Of a stretch of DNA of 64,000 nt, positions 36,794 to 48,953 are shown piece by piece. The notes beneath the pieces are model-generated. The model made no database searches, was not told the origin of the DNA, and saw nothing but the letters and a program-made list of their open reading frames with translations. The stretch's first letter is position 1, and each line of letters starts with the position of its first letter. The position numbers and the translations under genes were made by a program. Source of the stretch: Emiliania huxleyi CCMP1516 (taxonomy: Eukaryota). The stretch lies in contig NW_005202176.1 in NCBI RefSeq assembly GCF_000372725.1, positions 229,152 through 293,151 on the forward strand, written 5' to 3'.

Positions 36794-38242
36794 ATGCCTC
36801 GGCCGATGTCGACCGCCGAATCGGCCTTCATCCTTCGAGCGCTCGGCGAGGGCCTCCGCGTCGACGGCCGGCGGCCGCGCGAGTCGCGGCCGCTGAGCGT
36901 GGCGTGCGGCCTGCGCGAGGGCTCCGTCGAGGTGCGGCTCGGCGAGACCAAGGTGATGGCTGCGGTCAGCGCGGAGCTGGTCGAGCCCTTTGCCGACCGG
37001 CCGACTGAGGGGCAGCTCCTCTTCTTCGTCGAGCTCTCGCCGATGGCCTCTCCGGCGTACGAGCCCGGCCGGCCGTCCGACTCCGCCGTCGAGCTCGTGC
37101 GGCTGCTCGAGCGGGCCTTCCGCAAGGCGCAGGCGGTGGACGTCGAGGCGCTCTGCATCGTCGCGGGCAAGCGCGTCTGGTCCATCCGCTGCGACGTGAC
37201 GCTCCTCGACGACCGCGGCAACGCCGCCGACGCGGCGTGCACCGCCGCGCTCGGCGCGCTGCTCCACTTTCGGCTCCCGGCGGTGAGCATCGTCGGCAGC
37301 GGGTCCGAGGCGGCGGTGAAGGTGCTCCCTCCCGAGCAGGCCGAGCCCACGAAGCTCGTCTTTCATCACATGCCTGTCTCGACCACGCTCGGCCTCTTCC
37401 GGCCGGCGGGAGGGGGCGGCGGCGGCGGCGGCGGCGGCGGGAGCGGCGGCGGCGGGGGCGGCTCCGCCGCCGTGCTGGCTGTCGACCCGACGGACCGCGA
37501 GGAGCTCGTCGAGGAGGGGCGGCTCGTGGTAGTGACAAACCAGTACGACGAGCTCTGCGCGCTGCACAAGCTCGGGGGGCTACCCGCGCACCAGGCGGGG
37601 GCGGGCTGGGCGGCGGGCGGCGGGCGCGCGGGTGCGCGGGACACGTCCGGGACGCGTCCGCCCCACGCGCCGTAGGAGACCGTCTCCGAGGCCGTGCGGC
37701 TCGCCGCGGCGCTGGCTCCGTCGCGGCTGTCTGCGGTGCAGGCGGCGATGGCGAGGCACGCGGAGGAGATGGCGGCGCGCGCTGTCGTGCTCGCCAAGAC
37801 GGGGCGGCTGCCGCAGAGGCAGGCGGCGGGCGGCGCGACCACCGTCGAGGCTGGCGCGGGACCCGCCGCCGCCGCCCCGCCCGCTGCGGGCGAGGGCGAG
37901 GGTGGCACCGGCGGCACGGGCGAGGAGGCGGCCGCCCCGCCCGCCGCGGCGGACGTCGAGATGGCGGACGGCGGTGCGGCGGCGGGAGAGGAGGAGGTGG
38001 AGGAGAGCAGCGCGGCAGCGGCGGCGGCGGCGGCGGCGGCGGAGGGAGCGTTGGGGGACAGCGACGAGGACGAGGCCGCGACCGCGACGTTAGTCTCGCC
38101 CTTTGCGGCGGGCGGGACCGCCGCGGCGGAGGCCGGGGGCGGAGCAGGGCGGGGGACGGGGGCGGTGAGCAAAGGCGCCGCCGCGCCGCCAGCGAAGAAG
38201 CGGAAGACTGGCAAGGCCGCCAAGAAGAAGGGCCGGTCCTGA
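36794..38242 (+). CDS. RRP45: Exosome complex component RRP45/EXOSC9
   Basis: GLRVDGRRPRESR..VRLGETKV..PFADRPTEG..ELSPMA..VDVEALCIVAGKRVWSIRCDV..DDRGN..HHMP..VDPTDREE; intron ~37594-37675; basic NLS tail. Confidence 0.93.
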
Positions 38243-39614
38243 GACGTAAGAGAGCAGCTCCCGCGCTCGGGGCGTCCGTGAAGGGAGAGGCGAGAGCGTG
38301 TGTGGCAGGGAGAGGAGGTACCGGGGGTGGGGACATGCTGCCAACGTGGAATACACGTGCAAACCAGCGCCTACGCATGGTGTGTGATGTGAGCAGTGCT
38401 CAAACTTTACCGGTATGGGAGTTTTTGGCTAATCAAACCCAAGGCCTGCACTACCGTATCCGTAATCAAAAACCCGAAAAAGTGGCTAGAGTGGGGTACG
38501 CGCTCGCGGGATACCAGTTCGAGTTGCCTCAACGGATCGAAATCAAAGCGAGTCGGAGCATCTGAATTTCCCCCCTTCCGGGTTGTTGCACAGTATATGG
38601 GACACGATGTCTCAAATATGAGGGGTTTTGACTCTCCTACCGGCTCGCTGAGGGCGAGGGCGGGGGTGGCGCCGGCGGCACGGGCGACGTATCGGCTCGC
38701 GAGGGTGGGGTGTGCGAGTACGAGACCGATACGTCGCAGTTCTCTTGCGTAGGCGGTTAGTCGTGCACTAACCCTGAGGATACCCTTCGGAGTCGCTCCT
38801 CATCCGAGGGTGCCTAACCATGAATACAAGGCGGTTTACGACACCGGCGGGGTGGATGACGGCCATAATCCCCGAGGGCTCCGAGGCGTTTGGGCACTTC
38901 GTGCTGATGGTTCCGGCTTTAGCCCCGGCGGCGCCGCCGGGCAAAACGAGGGCGACGTAGAAGAAGATGAACTGAACATCCTTCCGCCTGGCTGGGCGGT
39001 GTGCGATGAGCGGTGGTGGCGGCGCTCCAAGAGAGTGCGCGAGGAAGAGGGCTTGCCCCCCCCCGGCTTGCCCCCCCCCCCCCCCCCCCCCCGCCCGCCC
39101 GCCCGCCCGCAAGGCGCGAGATCCACCCTACCACCGTGACAAAACTCATCCCCAAAGTGACTCACTCAGCTGTTCCACCGCCGATCCGATGTACTTTTAG
39201 CTTAATGGGAGACAGGGGAGAGGGAGACGCGCTTTCTTGGCCCTTAGGGGCCCTACTCAGCGCAGTCTCTCTCCGATGCACCCATTTTTTGGAGACATTG
39301 ATTTTTTCTTCTTGGCCGGCGTAGCCGTAGGAAGGGCTTAGTGGCCTGCCATGTCACAGGAAGGGCTGTGGTTGCAGATTACCACCCATCACTTTGTTTT
39401 GGTATAGACTCGAGATGCTTGATTTCTTTTCTTGCTAAATTTTAAAGAAACTAACGCCGAGTTTCATCGCCCAGAAGGCCGACGGCCAAAGCTCGAGGTG
39501 TGGCTGGGCCGGTCAGTGGCGGTCAGATCGCCAGGTCGAGGGTGTGGCTGGTCAGTGGCGGTCAGATCTCGACCGCCGGGCAGAGTCGCCAGCCGCTCGC
39601 GTGCTCTTGAGGCG

Positions 39615-40941
39615 ATGCACCTGCTGTGCCACGCCCTGCTCGCGGCCGGCGCGGCCGCAAAACTGAATCTTCGCGCCGGCGGCGCCAGCTTTCCCGCCGC
39701 GATGTACCAAGACGTGAGCTTTGCCTACAGCTTCCGCAAGCCCGCGAGCGCATCGGCCGACATCTCATACCACTCAGTCGGCTCCTCGGCGGGCAAGCGA
39801 TGGATCAAGGACGGCACCCAGCGGTGCGAAGACGACGTGCGGCCGTGCGTCACGCTCGACTGGGCCGCCTCCGATTCCCTCCTCACCGAGAGCGACTACG
39901 CCGCTCAGCCGGACCTGCAGATGTTTCCGACTCTGGCCGGCGCCGTGGTGCCAATCTTCAACCTGCCGAACCACACCGAGGGCGAGGGGCAGGATTTGCT
40001 GCTGACGCCCACGCTGGTGAGCAAGATCTTCCGCGGCGCGGTCACGCGCTGGGACCATCCCGAGATTGTCTCAATCAACCCGCTCCTCGCCCTCCCCGCG
40101 GAACGGATCCTGCTCTGCGTGCGTGCGGACGGCAGCGGCACGACCGAGATCTTCAAGAAGGCCCTCTCCGCATTCGAGCAGGAGTTTAAGGAGCAGGTGG
40201 GCGCGGACAGCGGCACACGCTGGGGCCTGGCCAACGTGACGCGCCGCCGGCTCAACAGCGGCGTTGCTACCTATGTCGCCCACACGCCGTACTCGCTCGG
40301 CTATTCGGTACTCGCGGAGGCCGAGTCGGCGGGCCTCCCGTTCGCCGCGCTGCTCAAGGGAGATCACCGGGTGCGCGCGTCGCCGACCTCTGTCGCGTAC
40401 GCGCTCGCCGAGCTCGGCCTCGAGATCGGCAACGAGCGCGAGGTGCTGACTGCAGACGTCCACAACGCGCTCGGGCTGATGGCGTGGCCAATCTGCGGCT
40501 ACACCTACCTGGTCATGCGCACCAACCCGCTGCCGGCCGAGGTCCCCGGCTCGTCGCTGGAGACGCGGCGTGCGGTGGTCGACTTTTGGCGCTGGTTCTA
40601 CACGGACCCGCAGGGCGTCGTCGCACGGCTAGCCGCGAAGAATGGCTTTGCACCCCTCCCTCCTATTGTCTCGGAAAAGGTGCTGCCGTTCCTCCTCAAG
40701 AGCATCCGGTGGCAGGGCGTGCCGGTGGCCTTGCCGGAGCCCAAGCCGTCGCTGACGGTGGTTGGGCCGGTGTGGCTCTCGTCGGCGTTCGAGCAGCTTG
40801 GCATCATCTACGAGCAGGACCCGCACTCGAACGCGGAGACGAGCTACGCCGTGGTCAAGGACGGCAAGCAGGAGCTCTTCTGGCGCTGCAGCGCTCGAGC
40901 AGCGTCGGGGACGGCCTTGACAGCTTGGGGAGAGCTCGACT

Positions 40942-40982
<41 letters not shown>

Positions 40983-43900
40983 GCAGCGGCACCGTCGCCG
41001 CCACCCGCCATCGGGTCGGTGGTTGTGACGGCGGAGGCGTGGGAGGCGGTGGCGTCGGGGGACGAGGGCGTCGCGACTCTTCCGCTCGCCGCCGTCGCCA
41101 TCGGGGTTGCGTACACGCTCGTCCCGTGCCGGGCCAACCGCACCTGCGCCGACGGCGAGGGCGCCTCAGAGCCGCTCGTGCTCGACGCGTTTGCGATCGG
41201 CCGCCTCTGCTCGGGCGAGATCCGCACCTGGGACGACGACTACCTCGTCTCGCTCAACCCGTGGCTCGTCGGCGTGGGTACCGTCCCGATCGTGCTGCAG
41301 GCGGAGCCCTCGACGTCGGACACCATGGCCGCGCTGCGGGACAAGCTGCAGGCACTCGGGCAGCGGACGGAGCTCCTGACAGGATTTCTGAGTCACCATC
41401 GTCGGGACATGCTGCAGGCGCTCGGACAGCTGACGGAGCCGGACGGCGCCTTCTGCCCGGCGGCACACGTGCAGCCTTCGTCGGCGCGGGTGAGCTCCGC
41501 CGTCCTGCACGACGAGTACTCGCTCGGCATCCTCCCAGTCGGAGGCGCCGCGCCCGGAAGGCTGGGCCAGCCCGGCGACGTGCACGATGGAATGAATTGA
41601 TGAATCACTCGACATCTAGGCGCCGTGCCGCACGGTTGGGCCAGCCTGGCGACGTGCCCGCCGCCTAAGAGCGGAGAGTGGCGCTCTCTGATCTTTGACC
41701 CCGCCGCCGCAGCGGCTTGCCGCGCGCGCGCGATGCCGCCGGCAGTCGCGAACTTGCGCAGCTGCTCGCGGCCGCTGAGTGCCGACTCTGCGCGCCCCAC
41801 GGAGCCGTGCTATCCGCTCGCGGTCTTTGCGCTTCTGCTGGTCCCCACCGATTTCCGCGGCGACGAGTGCGCGGCGCTCGAGGCGGAGAGTGTGCCCAAG
41901 CAGCTCGCGCGCTACCTCGCGTGGCTGTACGGACTCGACACCGCCGACGACAGCAGCGGAGTGGCGCCGCTGCACCGCGCGCTCGCCCGCGAGTCGATGG
42001 CCTTCATGGGCCGCGAATGCGAGCTGGACGAGGCGCGGCGACGCTTCCGAGACACCACCGTCCACGATGTTGTCCCTGCTCACAATGCCTTCAGTACCAC
42101 ATCACCTCGTGCGCTGGAAGCAGCGGGCGGCATGCCCGCACCGCCACTACCCAACCCACGATGTCTCCTGGCCGGCCGCCTGCCACGCCGCAGGCGCACT
42201 TGGCCCACGAGCTGACTCGAGAGGCGCTGTACCAGCTCACGTGCGAGACATCGCCGAGAGATCAGCGAGACATCGCCGAGAGATCAGCGAGACATCGTCG
42301 AGAGATCGCCGAGAGATCGCCGAGCTGCCGAGCGACCTGCTGCCCCGCCGCACCGTTGGTGCCCTGCTTGCGCTCGTACCGCGCCGTTTTTTGCGGTCCT
42401 GCCACCATCCTCCACCAAAGGAGGCTCTCCATGCCCGCCTCTGCAGATGCGACGGCCGCTCGCTGCTCCGGCCCGACGACACGAGCGCCGAGGTTGCGAC
42501 GGGTTCGATCTTGCTGATCACGTTTAGCTCCGTGCTGGGCGCGCTGGCCACCGTCCTCCTCTTCAGCCTCGCCCTCTGCACGCGCCACCGCCGCAACATG
42601 AGTCGCCGCGCCGCCAGCCTACGCGCGTCTCGCGACCGGGCACACATGGACTTGCAGCTCGTCACCCACCGGATCAAGGCCGGGTTGCGCGTCTCCTTCG
42701 ACGCGGTGCCCAGCGCCGAGGCGCCGTCCCTCTCGATGCCGCCAGGCCCGCCGCCCGGCTAGATCTCGGCTAGCTCTCGGCGAGCTCTCGGTGGGATCTC
42801 GGCCGCATCTCGGCCGCATCTCGACCGCATCTGTTCTCGGCTGTATCTTGGCTGTATCTCGCCAGGCCCGCCTTCCGGCTCGTCTGGCTGCACGCTCGCC
42901 GACCGCGGGCACAGCGTCGGCGGCTTGGTGGCGGGATTGCGCCGCAAGACGCGCGTCGACAGCCTCCACGCGGAGGGCGCGATCTCGCTCCCCGAGATCC
43001 CGCTTGAGCTGCTGCAGCTAGTCGCCAGGGCGGTGCCTGTCGACGACGCGTTTGCGTTTGGCAGCGTCTGCACCCGCTTTCGGCGAGTCATGTGCCAGCG
43101 CGGCTCGCAGCACGCCCGCTTCCCGTGCGGTGTGCGGACGAGGCACGCGGCGGCGTGGGCGTCGGCGGCGCGCCTGGCGTGGGCACGGCAGTCAGGGTAC
43201 AAGTGGCGGGCCTCGGACGTCGCACTCTGCGCTGAGCAAGGCCGCTTCGAGGCGTCGCCGCCGTCCCTAGCCCGCCCCCTCCCGAGACCCCGCCCCCACT
43301 CACATACCCCTCCCGAGACCTTGTTTGTTCCCCCCACACCCACCCACCGCCACCAGCGCCATCATCGCCGCCACCATCGCCACCGCCACCGCCATCGCCA
43401 CCGCCATCGCCACCGCCGTCCGCACCAGGTGCTTCAGTGGGCGTGGGAGCAAGGCTGTCCGGCGGACGAGCGCACTTGCAGTGCGGCGGCGAGGGGTGGC
43501 CACCTCTCGGTGCTGCGATTTGCGCGGCAGCAGGGCTGCCCATGGGATTCGCGCACGTGCAGTGCTGCGGCGGCGGGAGGCAGGCTCGAGGTGCTGCAGT
43601 GGGCGCGGCAGCAGGGCTGCCCTTGGGACGCAGAGACGTGCAGCACGGCGGCCAGGGGTGGGCATCTGTCGGTGCTGGCTTGGGCGCGGCAGCAGGGCTG
43701 CCCTTGGGGTGCAGACACGTGCGCCGAGGCGGCGGCCGGAGGCAGGCTCGAGGTGCTGAAGTGGGTTTTGGAGCAGCGCTGCCCTTGGGACGAGCGCACT
43801 TGCAGTGCGGCGGCGAGGGGCGGCCACCTCTCGGTGCTGCAGTTTGCGCGGCAGCAGGGCTGCCGATGGGATGCGCGCACGTGCAGTGCTGCGGCGGCGG

Positions 43901-44274
43901 GAGGCAGGCTCGAGGTGCTGCAGTGGGCGCGGCAGCAGGGCTGCCCTTGGGACGCAGACACGTGCTCCGAGGCGGCGGCAGCAGGCAGGCTCGAGGTTCT
44001 CCAGTGGGCGAGGCAGCACGGGGCCCCTTGGAACGCGCTCGTGTGCATGATGGCCGCGGGAGGCGGCCACCTCTCGGTGTTGCGTTGGGCGCGCGACAAC
44101 GGATGCCACTGGACAGAGCTGACGTGCACCGCGGCCGCAGCCGGCGGGCACCTGCAGGCGCTCAAGTGGCTGCGCGAGAATGGCTGCCCGTGGGACAGGC
44201 GCGTGCCATTTCTCGACGAGCAGGCGTCTACGATCCTGTCCTTCCCTACACTGCCGCGCTTGCGGGCTGGTTGA
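39615..44274 (+). CDS. Single-pass receptor: signal peptide - PstS - degenerate PstS - TM - F-box-like - ~10 'GCPWD' ankyrin-like repeats
   Basis: GGASFP, GSSAG, WAASD, RADGSGTT, WPICGYTYL (PstS); second lobe GEIRTWDD..LNPWL; TM ~42508-42579; LPEIPLELLQLVARAV..VCTRFR; 27-aa repeats; frame-preserving introns 41545-41619 and 42746-42865. Confidence 0.8.
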
Positions 44275-44998
44275 ATGAGTGCGTGCCAGCGGTGCGGCAG
44301 AGATTGAGTTTGAGCGAATGCTGTATGCGCTTACGCACGGCGAGGGGCAAGGGCGCGGCGGGCGCGGAGGGGGGCGAGGGCGAGGAGGCGGCCGGAGAAG
44401 AGGAGGGGAGCCCGTTGGCGCGCACAACTAGACGACGGCCGCCAGAACGACATGTCGTCAGAGCCGTAGCTCCCGCGCCGACGCGCAGGTTCGTCTTCCC
44501 GACGGCGACCATCGCGCAGACTAGGCAGAGCACGGCCGACGATGAGGTAGATGAGGGGGGAGGGCTCCACCATGCACCACATGCACATGTACATGTGTCT
44601 AGTTCTCGGTCCCCTCCCGAGTCCCGAAAATGCCATTCCGATGCCGCCCTAGTGTCATTACCATTGTACACTTACTCTCTCTCTCTCACGTCTCTCTTGT
44701 ACATTTATCGGATATCGCGGCCCCGTAGTGCGTAGTAAAATGCGCAGAGCTAGAACTTCTCTTTTATCGTGCAGGGCGGGGACACATGTCCCTAAATCCC
44801 ATCTCGTCTCTGCAGAGACTGAGTTTGACCGTTTTATTATTTATTTATTTCTTTTTCGCTCCCGAAGAGTCCCGTACGGCGTACGGCTTTATCGATATGC
44901 GATATCGTGTCGTGTGCGCACTCGGTGAAATATGCGTGGGTCGTGCTAGGCTAATTACCTCCCTACGATACCTTACCTAAATCGCCGCCGCAGGTGCG

Positions 44999-47970
44999 TC
45001 ATGACGTTTCACGCGCCTCCGCCTCGGCCGCCGCCTCAGCCACCGCCTCCCGCAGTTGGGCCGCATGGTCGGCAGCGAGCCGCGCCCCGGTCTCCGTCGC
45101 AACACTCTCCGACGTGCCTTCTCCCGCCGTTGCGGACGAAGAAGACCTCCGCCGTACTGGATCGATGCCTAGCCTGCGCTCCCTCGAGCCGTGGGGACTA
45201 GACACGGCAGGCGTAGGAAACACGCAACGCTTGCCCAGCCGCGCGCACCGGAGGCAAGGCTCGTCCTCGCTGTAGTACTCGCATGCAGTCTTGGACCTAC
45301 GCGCGCCACGGGCGATTTGCGGAAGCTGTGGAAGCGATGCTTGGCCGCCCCTTCACGGGCGAAATGGTGGGGGGTGGCTGACGCGATGCAGCGTGGCATA
45401 TCTCTGCCCCCCCCCCCCCAAAACCCACGGGACTTGCAGCGCCTGTGGCACTCGGTACAAGCCCGCTTCCGCCGTCGCAGCGCGATGGCGCTGCCAGCGC
45501 TGCCAGCGCGACCCAAGCCGCCAACGCCACCTCCGCAGCCCGCGCCACCCGAGATGATGGCGCCGCCTGCGCCGCCCAAACCGCCTAAGCCGCCGCCCAA
45601 GCCACCGACCTCGCCGTCGTCCACCGGCACCGGCATCAACGCGCCACCCGCCACCGCTCCGCCCCGCGCAAACGCGCCCCCGAACGCGCCGCCGCACTCG
45701 CCACTTGGCTCGGCGAACGCGACCTCCTAAGAAGCTCACGACTCTCGCGGCGTGAGGTGTCTTCTCGGCAGATCGCCGCGCGACGAGCCGAGCACGTGAG
45801 ACGCCTCCGCCCACGCGAAGGCGTCCTCCCCACCCGCCGCCCCATCGGCCTCGGCCGTCCGGGCTGTTGTGCTCAGGCCGTCGCACTGATTCGGCTCGGC
45901 GGCCGGGGCGCCTCGGGGGGGGGGGGGGGGGCGGGGGCGTGTGGGTAGGGGGAGTGCGACCCGAAACAGAATTGAGTACATCTTATCATACCTTGGTGCG
46001 AGCTGCTGCTTTGCATGGCCGGCGGCGTGCAGCATCGTTTCCGCAGCAGCTTCCCAAAGAGTGACCTATACACTGGGGGAAGACGTGTGACCGCGGCTCT
46101 CCGCAGGGTGGACGTCGCCCTCTCCTCTCGCCCGACCGGTCGCCGCCGGTGGCGTTCGCGTCGACAAAGCGCGCCAAGACCGGCTCGATGCGGAAGCTGG
46201 CAGGGTCCAGCTCGGTCTCCTGCGAGATGAAGCATAGGCGGGGCGGAGGTAGTGCGGCGGGGGAGGTGGAGTGGGGCTTGGATCAAGCGATGAGGGAGGG
46301 CGTAGAGGTGGCTGTGAGACTGGCTGTGGAGGGGACGGCTGGCCGGTGAGGCTCTGCTCTCTCTGAGTGTGGGCGACGATGATCATGCCGATGGTGCGAG
46401 TGGATGCCATCTTAGGGTGCGGGGGTAGGAGGAGGGGAATGAAACCTGATGCGGCTATGCAAAGAGGCATCGGAAGGCGGTGGGCGCTAGTTGGGCGCGG
46501 CGTGCTCTCCTGGCTGCAGAGCGGGCACTTGTTGAGCCGGGCGCGCGAGAGGCAGCTGTAGCAGAAACGATGGGCGCAAGAGAGCACGACCTGTGCTCAC
46601 GGCGCAGTGGCTGTGGGCGCGCACCCTTGCTCCGCACCGGGGCGAGGGGCGCGGCGGGGAAGGATGAGGGGGGGGGGGGGGGGTAGAGGCGGGAGGGCGG
46701 CACGCCGGCAAACTCAGCTTGCCCATGCAACTACTACACTCCGGGCCCTGACACCACAGACACCGGGTGAGTGACGGCTGATCTTGGCGGATCGGAGCTG
46801 GGCGGCAGCTGCAATCCGCCGAGGACTCGACGGCAGTGGCTCCGACAGCAGCGCAGACGACCTGCTCACATCGCGACGGCCTTTGGTCCGGGGATGTGGT
46901 ATTCACGGTGCACCAGTCAGAGCGGACGACGCGCGTCCGCGGCGACGCCTTCGGCTTGCGCAAGGGAGGCGGCGAGGAGGCGCGACTGGCAGATGGAGAG
47001 CGAGCCTGTCCGCAGCAGAGCATGTGAGGCGAGGAGCGAGTGGCGCCGAGCCAGACGGCGGGGGAGGGCGATGTCCGATAAAGCTCATCACAGAGTCACC
47101 GATCAAGATTGGCGAGTGGCGGTCGTGCTTTTGCACGAGCTTTGTCGCGGCGAGCAGGTTGAGCAACGCGTAGGTGCGCAGCGCGTCCACCTCCTCGCAC
47201 AAGCGCACGAACGCGCCCACGGCCTCGAGCTTGTCCCTTGCCACCTGGCGGAGTGTTGAGCCGAGGTGGCGCGCAGCGGGACGGCGAATGTGGGGAATTG
47301 GGCGGGGCGCCCCGGCGGCGAGTGGCGGCGGCGGCGGCTGGCGGAGGGTGGGGATATCACGTGCGCTCTCGCTCGTTGTGGTGGCCCTCGCCCCCTGCAG
47401 CAGCGGCAGCAGCGTCCCCAGCGAGACAGTCCCAAACGCCTCGACCCGGCCGCACACCCACCGGCGCGGCTCGTGCAGCAGGGCGGTGAGCGCCTCCAGC
47501 CGGGTGCACAGCTCCGCCTCCATGCTCTTCATAAGGTTGTTCACCTGCGGGAGATATACACGTTTTGCCGTTTGTCGGGCTAGCTCCCAGAGGGAGAGAG
47601 GAGCTCATGCTTGTATTGAGGGCTAGAATCGCCGTACGCGAAGAGGCCGGACCTCTCAGACCCCTTGAGGCGTTGGATGCGTCTCGCACAGCACAAGGGG
47701 CATCGCGGCTCTCCTCGCTTTCGCCGCCTCTGTGGGATGGAACGCTGGAGCCTTGGGGCATAGAGGATAGCCGCACGCCTGGTTGATCGCCGAGAGCAGC
47801 TGTGTGAGGAAGATGCCCTCTATCGCCGAATGGCTGTCGCTGTCCGGATCCAACCGACGCAGCGTCTGCTTGAGCTGATCGTACGGTATGAGCTTGGTAG
47901 CGAGGCGTGGGTGGCTCGCGGCGGTCAGCTTGTCGCCATACAGCACGGGGGGGCGGTCAAAAGACACCAT
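44999..47970 (-). CDS. SPX - RING(C3HC4) - Zn(II)2Cys6 protein (multi-exon)
   Basis: IPYDQLKQ..LRTYALLNLLAATKLVQKHDR (SPX); CSSC..LSCAHRFCYSCL..CPLC (RING); KRACTECHR|SKTACEYYSEDEPCLRCARLGKRC joined across GC-AG intron 45297-45442. Confidence 0.8.
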
Positions 47971-48069
47971 TGGGCAGCGAGTCAACAGATAAAGGGCCGA
48001 AGGGCAGCTGGGGAGAGGGGAAACGCCGAAATTGACTGTTGACTCGCCGTCGGCGAGGGCACAGGCTAC

Positions 48070-48443
48070 GTGTGTGTGTGTGTGTGTGCGGCGGGCGGCT
48101 TGCTGCTCGCGGCGATGGCGAAAAACTCGTCTCGCCACACGCCAAGGGCTTATGCTCTGGCGAGACGTGAGGCGCATGCGCCCAGGAGGGGAGGGGGCAT
48201 GTGTAACGACACTGCTACTGTAGAGATGCCTTTCGGGGCCCAGAGATAAAACTTCTGTGATGCCATGCGTGACCTAGTAGTGTCCCCAGCTATGGGCGTG
48301 TCCACGTTGGAGCCAGGTGTGGTGTGGGCGCGAGAATAGCTCCGCCGTTCATGGAGGCAACCGATGCGAGTCGACTGGTGCGTGAGCTTTTTGTTTGTTT
48401 GGTGTGTGTCGTCGTGGTTTCGTATCAAGAATACTCACTCACA
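48070..48443 (+). mobile_element. Longer copy of the (GT)n-headed, (CTCA)n-tailed retroelement fragment
   Basis: CACAGGCTAC duplicated at 48060-69 and 48444-53; same 3' end as the 36448-36510 copy. Confidence 0.7.
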
Positions 48444-48604
48444 CACAGGCTACCTACAACTGTAGGTAGGCACGCGAGCGTGTGTGTGTGTGTGTGTACA
48501 CACACACACACACGCACGCGAGCACGTCCTGCCCGCTGCCCCGGGCAGGAGTGAACTTGCCATCATCAGAGAACTTTTATCTGTGTTCGTACACACTTAA
48601 TTAA

Positions 48605-48710
48605 CAAACCTGTCTGCACGTCGCGCGCGCGTGAACAGGGCTCCAGGCCCCAAATGTGAAATGACGTGTGAGTGTTAGAGTTGTTTGGTATTGCTAAAAA
48701 TCTCTCTCTC
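48605..48710 (+). mobile_element. Short retroelement end with (TC)n tail
   Basis: TTAATTAA on both sides (48597-604, 48711-18); 3' part shared with 22088-22150. Confidence 0.6.
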
Positions 48711-48953
48711 TTAATTAAAGCTACGGGAGGGAGGTGTTTCCTCTGTGAGTGATGTATAGATAGCTCTTACGAACGTACATACACACGAGAGAGAGAGAGA
48801 GATCCCCTTTCTCCCATTACACGAGAGAGAGAGAGAGAGAGATCCCCTTTCTCCATCAATTAGAATTCTTTTTTGGGGACAACAGCGTCTCGACAACAGC
48901 GTTTCCGTCGGGAAGACCTAAATGCCCGCCTTTAGGATCAACAACACACCACC

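Noticed and set aside
43429..44200. Endogenous giant-virus insertion suggested by GCPWD ankyrin repeats
   Set aside because: The repeats are spliced into a host-like gene; no viral hallmark genes or GC shift nearby
45191..45730. Pro-rich plus-strand ORF
   Set aside because: Antisense of the Gly-rich exon of the SPX-RING-Zn2Cys6 gene
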